In this document: in pieces, positions 27,076 through 37,026 of the stretch
Layout of the letters: each line of letters opens with the position of its first letter
Numbering within the stretch: the stretch's first letter is position 1
Origin: Marsupella aquatica
Lineage: Eukaryota; Plantae; Marchantiophyta
Length of the DNA: 64,000 nucleotides
Direction: 5' to 3'
Assembly (NCBI GenBank): GCA_973895155.1
Contig: OZ316893.1
Coordinates: forward strand, 8,681,839-8,745,838
Notes under the pieces: generated by a model
What the model was told of the DNA's origin: nothing
Databases searched by the model: none
Seen by the model: only the letters and a program-made list of their open reading frames with translations
Translations under genes and position numbers: made by a program

Positions 27076-27089
27076 GGTTATGGGCCCAC
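27076..27089 (+). other. Primer-binding site complementary to the anticodon arm of initiator tRNA-Met (half-tRNA priming)
   Basis: GGTTATGGGCCCAC directly follows the LTR and is the reverse complement of GTGGGCCCATAACC in plant tRNAiMet. Confidence 0.85.
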
Positions 27090-27217
27090 TCTTGCTAGGT
27101 TCTGTTTTCACATTTGAAAAAGATAGGTTAGACAAGTGAGAGTCACCTATCAGCAAACTCATTCAGAACTAGAGTGATTTCTATGTACTAGAGCTAGATT
27201 ATAGTTACACATTCAAG

Positions 27218-30046
27218 ATGACAACCTCACAGATTGCACAGTTGCTACATCAAATTCCCAAACTAGAGGGTAGTTGCAACTATGAATTATGGAAACTACT
27301 TGTCACTTCTACATTGAAGTCATCTGGAGTCTGGAAATTCATTCTTGGAACTGCAATTCCACCTGAAAGATATCCAGGAGAGAGAGATTATGACCGTGAA
27401 TATGTCTACCAAGAGAGACTAGAGTCTTATAGCTCAAAGGCGGAGCACGCTAGGACTATCATCTTAGCAACATGCAAGTTACACATTCAACATACATTGA
27501 AGCACGTTTCGAGTGCGAAAGAGTGTTGGGACAAGTTGAGCTCGGAGTATCAATCAGAAGGCCTGGTTCATCAACAACACATCTGGATGGATTACAATAG
27601 GCTTCAATATCAAGGAGAGGAGATTGAGGTATTCTGTGCAAAGTACCGAGCGGCCCTGGATACATGTGCTACAGCAGACTTGATTATTCTAGAGAAAATC
27701 CAAGTCTTGCAATTTATCGCGGTTCTTGATCCTTATTTTGAGCATTGGGGAGCAAGCAAGCGAGAGCAGATGCGTCGAGATCCGAATACAATCCCAAGAC
27801 TCGATTTACTCATTGGAGAGATAGTAGACGAATCACGAACCTTGAAGGAGATAGCTGAAGCACGACACTCTACTCAAATAATCAACACGGCCTACTCTTC
27901 ACCAACAATCAGGACAATTGAAGGGCACTCGCAGCAACTCACAGGCAGCAAACGTGGAAGAAGAGAGCCAACACTCAGAGATCGAAAAGAGAGCTGTGGG
28001 CATTGTGGGTTCAGACATCCTGAAGATCGTTGTTGGTACAAACATGCACATCTTCGGAAGGAAGGATGGCAACCCAACACTATAGTGCTCAAGAGAATCA
28101 ATGAGAAACTGGGAATCAACAACCAAGTGAATGCTCGTGTGAACGAAGAGGCCGACATCTTCTCAGGGTGCTTCACAATGATCAACCATCAGTCCTTACA
28201 AGAACTATCTACACAACTTGGACGTGATATCTGGATCTCTGACTCTGGTGCAAATCAACACTGCTGTAACGATAGAAGTCTCTTCTCTGAATATTATCCC
28301 GGCCCAATTTCTATTGGTACTGGAAATGGGTCCATGATATCCCCAGGGAAAGGTATGGTACACCTTCATATACAACAATCAAATGGTAACTTTGTGGCCA
28401 TTTGCCTTGCTGATGTTCGTTTCACCCCTAATAGTTTCTTGAACACTATTTCCGAGAACTTGCTTGAGATCAAAGATGTCTATTGGAGAGGTGAGAAAAA
28501 TCAGTTTATTCATCTTCCTTCCGGCAAAGAGTTTGCTCCAATCACCAAGATGAATGGACTCAGAGTTTTCTCAGTCAAAACACCACAACATACTCAGAAT
28601 CATATAGTTAATGTACCCATTGAAAAACTAGACATCAATACCCTCCATAGACGTCTAGGACATTTACATGTTGATGCAATCAAGATCTTGATGAAACAAC
28701 ATAGTATAGAGCTAACGGATACTACTCCATCATTGGAATGTGAAGCTTGCCTGCTAGCTAAGTCAGCTAGGATTATTTGTCGAGTCCCACATGTACGTGC
28801 AAACTATCCATTTGAGAAAATACATGTGGACTTATGTGGAAAAATATCAGTTCAAGGAATAGGCCGCAAACATTACTTTGTGATCCTCACTGATGATTTC
28901 TCTAGATACAAATGGTCAGCCAGTATTACTACAAAAGGGGAAGCCTTCATGGTGATAAAACAGTTCTTACAAAATGTTTTGACACAGTATGGTACAGAGG
29001 TGAAAGAGCTACACATGGACAATGGAACTGAATTCGGCGGATCACAGCTACAAGAGCTACTGGGTGCCAAAGGGTGCAGGTTAATTCAATCGGCTCCCTA
29101 CCACCATGAACAAAATGGGGTAGCTGAGAGAGCCATAGGAATTGTGACAGCAAAAGCACGAGCCATGATGATTGACTCACACCTTCCAAAGGAACTTTGG
29201 CCCGAAGCAATTGCAGCTGCAGTCCATGTGGGAAACCGGTCACCGACATCATCCAACCCCGGACATCTCTCACCATACTCCAGGCTTATGAAGGCGTCAA
29301 GTAAACCAGATCAACCTCGGCTAGATCTGCTCAGAGTATATGGAGCTACAACTTATGTCCACATTCCTCCAGAGAAGCGAAAACGTGGGGACAAATTTGC
29401 AACCAGAGCAAAGAGAGGATACTTGGTGGGGTACTCTGATGGTAACAACTACCGGGTATGGATACCAAGCACAAACGAGGTGATCAAATCTGCTTATGTC
29501 CAATTCAATGAATCTCAACTCAACTCTAGTCCCATTCCCTACAATACTGACTTACCAGCAAATTTGTATGAAGAAGAGCCGGACTTGGAGGAGATTATGC
29601 TTGATCAGCCTGACCCCATCTCTAATACAGTTCCACTTCCAATTGCTCCATCTGGTATCATCACTCCACCACTTGGCCTTCACACTCCTGAAGAAATTGC
29701 GTCAGACGTTGATGCAGCACCAGACTTAGAAAATTCCTTGTCAAGTGTAAGAAGATCTTTACGAGCCAACAAAGGGCATCCACCCTTACGCTTAATTGAG
29801 GAAAGGACTCAGAATCAGTGCCCCGAGCAGCTCACCAGAAAACGAGAACTATGTCAGTTAATTCTCTTCTTGCTCACACCCCACCAATGCTCTTGTATTG
29901 TTACTCTGCCGCCTTGTTTTCACAGAGTACACAAGAGATGCCACGAAGCCACAAAGAAGCAATGGGGAGACCTGATTGTGCCCAATGGATGGAGGCAGAG
30001 CAAAAAGAACTGTCACAACTACATAAAATGCAAGTCGCTCAATTAG
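27218..30046 (+). CDS. Copia Gag-protease-integrase (ORF1)
   Basis: Gag N-terminus (KLEGSCNYELW), zinc knuckle CGHCGFRHPEDRC, protease WISDSGANQH, integrase HRRLGH...CEAC, HVDLCG, DNGTEF, QNGVAER and RGYLVGY. Confidence 0.92.
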   Translation: MTTSQIAQLLHQIPKLEGSCNYELWKLLVTSTLKSSGVWKFILGTAIPPERYPGERDYDREYVYQERLESYSSKAEHARTIILATCKLHIQHTLKHVSSAKECWDKLSSEYQSEGLVHQQHIWMDYNRLQYQGEEIEVFCAKYRAALDTCATADLIILEKIQVLQFIAVLDPYFEHWGASKREQMRRDPNTIPRLDLLIGEIVDESRTLKEIAEARHSTQIINTAYSSPTIRTIEGHSQQLTGSKRGRREPTLRDRKESCGHCGFRHPEDRCWYKHAHLRKEGWQPNTIVLKRINEKLGINNQVNARVNEEADIFSGCFTMINHQSLQELSTQLGRDIWISDSGANQHCCNDRSLFSEYYPGPISIGTGNGSMISPGKGMVHLHIQQSNGNFVAICLADVRFTPNSFLNTISENLLEIKDVYWRGEKNQFIHLPSGKEFAPITKMNGLRVFSVKTPQHTQNHIVNVPIEKLDINTLHRRLGHLHVDAIKILMKQHSIELTDTTPSLECEACLLAKSARIICRVPHVRANYPFEKIHVDLCGKISVQGIGRKHYFVILTDDFSRYKWSASITTKGEAFMVIKQFLQNVLTQYGTEVKELHMDNGTEFGGSQLQELLGAKGCRLIQSAPYHHEQNGVAERAIGIVTAKARAMMIDSHLPKELWPEAIAAAVHVGNRSPTSSNPGHLSPYSRLMKASSKPDQPRLDLLRVYGATTYVHIPPEKRKRGDKFATRAKRGYLVGYSDGNNYRVWIPSTNEVIKSAYVQFNESQLNSSPIPYNTDLPANLYEEEPDLEEIMLDQPDPISNTVPLPIAPSGIITPPLGLHTPEEIASDVDAAPDLENSLSSVRRSLRANKGHPPLRLIEERTQNQCPEQLTRKRELCQLILFLLTPHQCSCIVTLPPCFHRVHKRCHEATKKQWGDLIVPNGWRQSKKNCHNYIKCKSLN

Positions 30047-31512
30047 TACCTCTTCCGGTAGGTGCTAGATTACTACCTTCAAGGTGGACCTACAATATCA
30101 AAAGGTGTGGCTTACATAAAGCTCGTTTTGTGGTCCGTGGAGACAAGCAAAGACCTGGGGAAGACTATGAGGAAACATTTGCAGCAGTCGTTCGACCAGA
30201 GACCTTCCGAACTATTATGGCCATCATCGCCGCGCTTGACCTTGAAGCTCATAGTCTGGATGTAGTCTCCGCATTTCTGAACTCGTTAATGGAGTCAAAA
30301 CGAAAACTCTACATCAAACCACCACCTGGCTATGAGACCTATGATGCCAATGGCAACTTACTAGTATGGTTACTTTGTCGAGCTCTGTATGGTCTCAAAC
30401 AAGCCCCTCGACTTTGGTATATAGCAATTACAGAATTTCTAAAAACAGCTGGATATTTACCATTACCATCTGATCCTTGTGTTTTGAAGCACACAAATGG
30501 AAACATCTTAATCCTTTGGGTTGACGACATCATAGTAGTAGCCCCAACTCTAACTGAGATATCCGAGATGAAAAAAATGTTATCATCTCAATATGAGCTC
30601 AGGGATATGGGTGATCTCACCGACTATTTAGGCATCTCCATCCTTCGAAACAGGGCAGAACGGTCTCTAAATCTAAGTCAAGCAGCCTATGCCACAAAAA
30701 TTCTCACTAGGTTCCACTTGGAAAATTGCTTACCAGCCAATTCTCCATCAACAGATTCTAGAGAGCTGCCTCCCACCACGGCAACAGCTACAACCGAGCA
30801 AGTACATCGTTACCAAGCCATGTTGGGGTCCCTCATGTACTTGGGAGTATGGACCAGGCCAGATATTGCCGAGCGATGTTCCAAACTTGGCCAGTATTCA
30901 CATAATCCAGGACCAGAACACGAGAGCAGTCTACGGAGAGTTTTTGCATACATCCAAGGCACTGTCCACATGAGTATACAGTACAAGTCTCCGGTTCCAG
31001 CGGGCTTAGAGATACACTCACTTGGATTTAGAGGCTTCACGGATGCCTCCTATGCTGATGACCTTGTGGATCGAAAATCCACAAGTGGGTACTTATTTAA
31101 ATTAGCCGGCGGACCCATCAGCTGGAAATCACGCAAACAGACAGTCACAGCCACATCGTCCACAGAGGCGGAATACATTGGATACTCCCTTGCCTCTAAA
31201 GAAGCAGTTTGGCTTCAACGCTTATTACGGGAATTGAATTACACCTACCCGGACATCCACCGAGTAGTACTCTATGGTGACAACAAACCTGCTTTGTCTC
31301 TCACAATCAATCCAGAACATCACGCCCGAACCAAACACATCGAGATTCCTTGGCATTATGTTCGAGAACAAGTTAAATTAGGCAATATTGATATGCAGTA
31401 TATATCTACCAAAGATATGCCTGCTGATGGTCTTACTAAACCGCTCCAAGGAGCCAAATTTACTAGGTTCATAGACTTACTTGGTCTTATATTATCATCT
31501 TCGACAACCTAA
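29818..31512 (+). CDS. Copia reverse transcriptase-RNase H (ORF2, -1 frame relative to ORF1)
   Basis: MPRSHKEAM...W, KARFVVRG, LYGLKQAPRLW, LWVDD, TRPDI, GFTDASYA, SSTEAEY, RTKHI and MPADGLTKPL. Confidence 0.92.
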   Translation: MPRAAHQKTRTMSVNSLLAHTPPMLLYCYSAALFSQSTQEMPRSHKEAMGRPDCAQWMEAEQKELSQLHKMQVAQLVPLPVGARLLPSRWTYNIKRCGLHKARFVVRGDKQRPGEDYEETFAAVVRPETFRTIMAIIAALDLEAHSLDVVSAFLNSLMESKRKLYIKPPPGYETYDANGNLLVWLLCRALYGLKQAPRLWYIAITEFLKTAGYLPLPSDPCVLKHTNGNILILWVDDIIVVAPTLTEISEMKKMLSSQYELRDMGDLTDYLGISILRNRAERSLNLSQAAYATKILTRFHLENCLPANSPSTDSRELPPTTATATTEQVHRYQAMLGSLMYLGVWTRPDIAERCSKLGQYSHNPGPEHESSLRRVFAYIQGTVHMSIQYKSPVPAGLEIHSLGFRGFTDASYADDLVDRKSTSGYLFKLAGGPISWKSRKQTVTATSSTEAEYIGYSLASKEAVWLQRLLRELNYTYPDIHRVVLYGDNKPALSLTINPEHHARTKHIEIPWHYVREQVKLGNIDMQYISTKDMPADGLTKPLQGAKFTRFIDLLGLILSSSTT

Positions 31513-31556
31513 CCATACCATTTATGATGCTTTGGATCTTCTTGAAAGGGGCGGTG

Positions 31557-32066
31557 TGTCAGTCAAAGTAAGTACTGTCTAAAACCATTCTACGTAGATC
31601 CCACAAAATGGAAACAATTGACTCAAACCCATTGAACCACTTGGATCTTTGGGTCTACATAGAAAGCCAAGTCAACAATGAATTTGAAACTAAGAGTATG
31701 ACGGCTCATGGTCTAATTAAGATGGCTGGACTGAGTTAAAACTCAAACTCAGACCCAGACCACTCCTTCCGGTCTAGATTGACTCTTGGGCTAAATTGAG
31801 CCAACAAAAGAAGTCTTGATTTGAGAGTGCATGAAGCTAAGTCAAACAACAGCCTCAATCTGAGAGGGTAAATGGTCTTAATAAGACGGCTTGACTAGAA
31901 AAGTCCAGCCAAGACCAAATCACTCAACCAGGTTTTAGATTGACTTTTGGACTCAATTCACTCACCTATATAAACAAGAGAGCTCAGAGCCACAACGCAC
32001 TCTGAATGTCTTTCACCACTCTTGAGTCTCTCAAACTTGTTGGTTTTTTTGGTTCCTCCATTCACA
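31557..32066 (+). repeat. 3' LTR (510 bp)
   Basis: Matches the 5' LTR. One T/C difference seen (acaatgcac vs acaacgcac). Confidence 0.96.
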
Positions 32067-32075
32067 ATGCACTGT

Positions 32076-32142
32076 ACCACTACTTCGTTAGTCTGTCTAT
32101 AAAAAGCTGCACCACTGCTTCGTTATTCTGTCTATAAAAAGC
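32076..32142 (+). promoter_or_regulatory. Duplicated TATA-box module upstream of the NmrA-like gene
   Basis: accact(a/g)cttcgtta(g/t)tctgtctataaaaa(a)gc occurs twice in tandem, about 270-310 bp upstream of the ATG at 32408. Confidence 0.55.
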
Positions 32143-32407
32143 CTCCTGCGTTTTTCAATTTCATTCTGTGAATCATCATCATTATTCTCTCCTGTAGATA
32201 CTGATAGAGAAATACCTCTTGCGCATTGTGTTGAAGCTACGGTCCAATCGCTGAAGCAGTTAGTATCTTAACAGTCGGAGATTTCTAGAAGAAATGCTAC
32301 TACGAGTCTTGATGAATTGAGTGATAGTTGATTGATAGATCCACTCTCGAGCTTGACTGCTGCGAATTGCTGTTCCATCCTTTCAGTAAGCTCTCCGTTT
32401 CATAATC

Positions 32408-33367
32408 ATGTCGAAGATAATCGCTGTCTTTGGAGCCACTGGTGCCCAAGGTGGGGCGGTTGTGAATGCTTTTCTGAACAATGGTGAATGGAAGGTGAGA
32501 GGCCTTACTCGGAATGCCAACAGCGAGAAAGCTAAAGCGCTCAGCGCCAAAGGTGTCGAGGTTGTTGTCGCAGATCTGAACGATGAGGCGGCACTCGTCA
32601 AAGCACTCAAAGGTGTGACCGCCATCTACGGTGTGACTGACTTCCTGGAACCCTTCGCGAAGCTGGGCGCAGAGGCCGCTATGGAAATCGAGTATAAGCA
32701 GGGTGTCAACTTGGCTAAGGCCGCTCTGCAGATACCAACATTGGAGCACTACATCTGGAGCACTCTCCCGAACTGTGGCAAGGTGTCAGGTGGAAAATTC
32801 GTCGTCCCTCACTTTGATGCCAAAGCGAAGATCGATGAGTACATCAAATCGCAGCCTGAGCTTCTGGCCAAGACGACCTTCTTGTGGATCACCTTCTACT
32901 CGAGCAACTTCTTCTACCCCCCCTTCACACCACATCACCTCAAGTCCATCGGTACCTACACGTACATCCAGCCCGTCCCATCATCCACTCTCGTGTCATT
33001 TGCCGGTGACGTTTCTGTCAACATCGGCGTCTTCGTTAAAGCCATTCTATCGAACCCGTCTAAGACACTAGGCAAGTATGTGATCTGCAGAGTTGAGGAG
33101 ATGACGAATGGAGATTATATTCAGCTTTGGAGCAAAGCTACGGGCAAACGCACACATTATTTGCAAGTCTCTTTCGAGGAGTATGATAAGTTGTTCCCGG
33201 TATGGGGTGCGGAGATGGGCATCATGTTGCAGTACTGGGAGTATGCTGGCGAAAAATCCTGGTCTGGAGAGCCTGAGATCCTTACGGCTGCTGATTTGGG
33301 AGTGGAGGGTGAATTAGTGGGCTCAGAGAAGGCTTTCGGGATGGCGGATTGGAGCTCTTTTGATTAG
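32408..33367 (+). CDS. NmrA/HSCARG-like NAD(P)-binding atypical SDR, 319 aa, intronless
   Basis: Rossmann motif VFGATGAQGGAVV, VRGLTRN, GVEVVVADL, EYKQGVNLAKAA, LEHYIWSTLP and VPHFDAKAKIDEYI. The ORF is uninterrupted with strong coding-like codon bias. Confidence 0.93.
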   Translation: MSKIIAVFGATGAQGGAVVNAFLNNGEWKVRGLTRNANSEKAKALSAKGVEVVVADLNDEAALVKALKGVTAIYGVTDFLEPFAKLGAEAAMEIEYKQGVNLAKAALQIPTLEHYIWSTLPNCGKVSGGKFVVPHFDAKAKIDEYIKSQPELLAKTTFLWITFYSSNFFYPPFTPHHLKSIGTYTYIQPVPSSTLVSFAGDVSVNIGVFVKAILSNPSKTLGKYVICRVEEMTNGDYIQLWSKATGKRTHYLQVSFEEYDKLFPVWGAEMGIMLQYWEYAGEKSWSGEPEILTAADLGVEGELVGSEKAFGMADWSSFD

Positions 33368-34143
33368 AAAGGTCAGAGCGATGATAAATCAGCTTTTTCT
33401 CGACAACTATACTGAAAACAATGGCAACTTTCCCCCGAATTTTCAGAGATGGATGAGATTGTCAGTCTTTCTGTCCGATCTACAACAGAATCGTCGGACA
33501 GTCTGTTGCCAAATTATTTACTTCGACAGAATCGTCAGTCCTTTGCGAAAACATATGCTCGGGGTGATCGTTACGGTCGTAGGGCGATCGATTGTAGGAC
33601 AAGAAGATGTCACAGAAATCGTGGATAGTTTCGAGGAATTGGTTTTTGACTGTCTAGCTTGTGCATTAATACTCCTCCCGGTGTGTACAGAATTTGACAC
33701 GTTACAATCTTGACAAGTGTCTAGCATATTTAGGTAATGGACTGGGCAACTCCTTTGTTCCATTAATCACACATCCTGCATTACTTGCTTTCATACCAGA
33801 ATCCTATCTTAACGCTTCCTATTTGTGCATCATCTGGTGAGAATGTGATCCTTCGAGAACATAAAGTAAGCTCCCATGTGAAACCCTATTCATCTTGGGT
33901 CGACGTCAATTGCTGTTCATATTCTACTGCAACAACAAACTGTTCGTCTTTGAGCGAAAATCACATTGGAAGAAGGGGTCACGTGGCCCCTGGTTACAGA
34001 GACCACTTACTTCGCCTCTGCACTCCTCTGGAATATTTGCGTGTTGCAGAAAATTCAACAAGAGTCTCACCTTAATGTCTGCTTGGAATAGATACGAACA
34101 AAATTCTGTGCCCTGGCTTCCATTGAGTAATACAATGCTTAGA

Positions 34144-35038
34144 CTACGAAGAGGGGTCCTCCTCCCTAGTATCTTGCTTCCATGTGGCTTGCCAATATTT
34201 ATCCTACACGGTTGATTCCTTTGCCAGAGATCTCAAAAGTATGGACGTCCCCATTATATTTCTTTGGACGATCAAAATTCTAGTAACAATTATGAATATT
34301 AGTAACTTGTCCAGAAAACTGCTCTGTTGCTCCACAAGCTCCGCACGAGTCCCGCTCTCCACCAAGTAAGCTGCAACGTAGACCACCATTCTACACGGCC
34401 GTTCAGCAGCTCTGACTCGGGTAGATAGAAGCGAACCACCCCGGCCCACTCAAACCTCACAGGGTCTCCGGTACTTGACGCCTCGGAATTCGCTTCCAAC
34501 TAATTTCTCCTCTTCACCTCTGCATCGATGACGCGATTCCAGTGCACCTTTCAACTTTTGGTACACTTTGTGAGGTCCCATGTCCCGTTTATCCATGGGG
34601 GATGGTCAAAGGTTACCGTTAGCGAAACAGGAGAACGACTCCCGAGGCTGGGATCTTTCTTCAACTCCTCCGCACCTGACAACATTCCTACTTTCTGAAG
34701 TGGGCTCACCTTAAGTCTCATAGTCTTCACGTTGGAAACTGCTCCCGGGGTTTCAGTCTCTTTTTGCCGTGAAAACCGAAAGCAGGCCCACCCAACAGAG
34801 GATGGTTTCAGGCTCTTCTTCTCGGAGAACACCTTATACCTCATTCGCAGCACTGACTCGTCCTGCTCCAGCTACGCTCCCACTTTCTTCTTCCGTCACT
34901 CGGTCGGTAGACCTCTCCGACTGACTCCGCAAGTTAGAGACAAGTCTACTTTGCTTTGGCGGTAGTTTCAGACTTTCAATGCTGCAGGATCATAAAATGG
35001 CCCTGGGTCGAGATTGAAACCAGGGCAGCAGCCAACAT
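34144..35038 (-). pseudogene. LIL3: Light-harvesting-like protein LIL3 pseudogene
   Basis: Minus strand reads FDHPPWINGTWDL..*KVHWNRVIDAEVKRRN*LEANSE..DPVRFE-WAGVVRFYLPESELLNGR (frameshift) VVYVAAYLVESGT..LVEQQSSFLDKLL..ESTV*DKYWQATWK. This matches the LIL3 motifs WINGTWDL, EAKRRKWLE, LPEAELLNGRAAM and YDKQWQA. It has several stops, a frameshift and a deletion. The start position is approximate. Confidence 0.85.
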
Positions 35039-37026
35039 TCCCGAGACCATTGTTGGTCCTCATGTTCAAACTTCAAACGCCACCAAGATTTGCCCTTGGG
35101 ACACCAATAGTCTCTGTCTAGAATGTGACTGAAAAATGCACCAATGTGCACATCGCAAATCCTACCAAACCCAGCAAACAATTAGATCCTGGTAACAACT
35201 GGACAATGACAATTTACAGTCTCTGCTGTTGAGGCAAGAAAACCCGGGCGCGAGAGGTCATGCCAATTCTTACCGATCTAAGTACATTAGTAAGTGAAGT
35301 TTTACTGCGCTCAAGAGAGTTCCTAAGGTTTTCTGTTACGGTACGAAGTCTGAGACGCAGCTGCTCTTTCTTTCTTAGTTTGAATGGTAGAGAGTATAAT
35401 TGTTGAAGAGAGATCCCTGACTAGTACTGTGGATCTGTGGTTGAAGAGGTGTCGTGCTGGTGTCGCGAATCTACGAATTGAAGATATAAATTTGCCATAA
35501 TTGTAAATTTCTTTCTCACGTTTGAACCCATGTTTCTTGATCTTTTCTGGTTGCTCTCTCCTGACAGTCTGCCGATGTACACTTGCTAGCTGTGAATGAG
35601 AAGCGGTTTGCGTGGCGGCCAATGGTGGAGTTTGTTTTCGCCCTTCGGTTTGGCTGCAAAGCTCCTTGGAGACTAGCCAGGATGTTGGAAACTGCTAAGC
35701 AAAGATGGCACGCCCAAATTGGTCTATCCACCACGCATTCATCGTCTCTTCTACTCTTCTGGAGTTTCCATATCTATTTCATCATGAGATCCACCACAAT
35801 GTTCTTTGTGTTAATTATTGTTGCAATTGTGCAGATTGCCTTTCCAGAAACGTGCAACATGGCAGGAAGGCCAGAGGATCTGTCTTCCAAGAACTTTAGA
35901 AGACCGCATCCCTTATCGACGTCTCAAATTCAGACACACCGCTTGTGTATTTATCTGAGCCAAAACTGATGAACACTCCAGAAGTTTTGCTACAGGGGTG
36001 TTGTCATAAACATTCACTTGTTGGATAGGAATTTGACACTACAACTGGTTTCCTCTAGGAGCTGGACAACATGCGCAGTTGTGCAATAGCTTCACGTTAA
36101 GAGATTGAGCACATAATGTTTTCCTCTGTAGCTGCATGCGTGGTTTCCGGGAACTAAATTGTAGTTGAAGAATCAAATTGAGGATACACTAGTTTTCAGG
36201 TAGTGCTGACACTAAGAGGGATCACTCCAATAAATACAATGCACTTCGATGGCCTGGCGGTGGGGACTTGATTATTATCGTAAGCCCATAGCGACAAAGG
36301 AAATTTGTATAGTACTAGGGTACCTCGTCACACCTCAAAGCAATTGTTGTTGTGAAGAGTTAATTTCAAGTTGCTAGTTATGGGCTCAAATGGTCCGTTT
36401 TCATTTCATTGATGTGGATTTAGGTTTCGTTCCTTGGACCGATTTCGAGATTTCACTTGATCTGTGGCGCATTTTTAAGGAATTTTTACCCTTACGAGTT
36501 TCTTGGACTTGAAAATGCGTTCTGCGGGTCATTCCTGACATTTGACTAAAACCTCCGTGCCACGTTGTTCATTAAATTGGCACAAGTCCCAAATCATCGA
36601 CATGGATTTGCTTTTGTGCAATGGAGTGCTTCTCCAGCTTAAATTACAGCTAGTTATAGCAAGGGTTCTGGTAAAATGACCTGCAGGATAGTTCAGTGTG
36701 CCTCAAAAAAGTCAAACATCAACTTGAGTTCATAACCTTTTCATGTTTTACGGTGAGAAAGAGGTTTATTGATCTCATTGATATACAAGTTATGTACATA
36801 CCTTCTCTGGGATATTTCAGATGAAGTGCTGACCATTCCCATCCAGCAGACATATTATCTATTATATACAGCTCCACGAAGGACTGCAGGTGTCCTGTTC
36901 TACAGTCACATTGCTTCCCAGTTTGATAACGATTTGCTAACATATCCTAAGCGGGATCTTTCTCTGTCAAGAATACAGGTTTAAATATCCGCAATTTGCT
37001 ACAAAACTTGGACGGAGGCAGAGCAG

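Larger units (their letters stand above)
26566..32066 (+). mobile_element. Full-length Ty1/copia LTR retrotransposon, very recent insertion
   Basis: TG...CA LTRs at 26566-27075 and 31557-32066. 5-bp TSD ATGCA (26561-26565, 32067-32071). PBS at 27076, PPT gaaaggggcgg before the 3' LTR. Domain order Gag-PR-IN-RT-RH. Confidence 0.97.

Noticed and set aside
29800-29935. Canonical -1 ribosomal slippery heptamer
   Set aside because: No X XXY YYZ heptamer was found in the ORF1 frame within the switch interval.
26566-33367. NmrA gene captured or transduced by the copia element
   Set aside because: The gene lies outside the LTRs and TSD, so the element inserted after the gene was in place.
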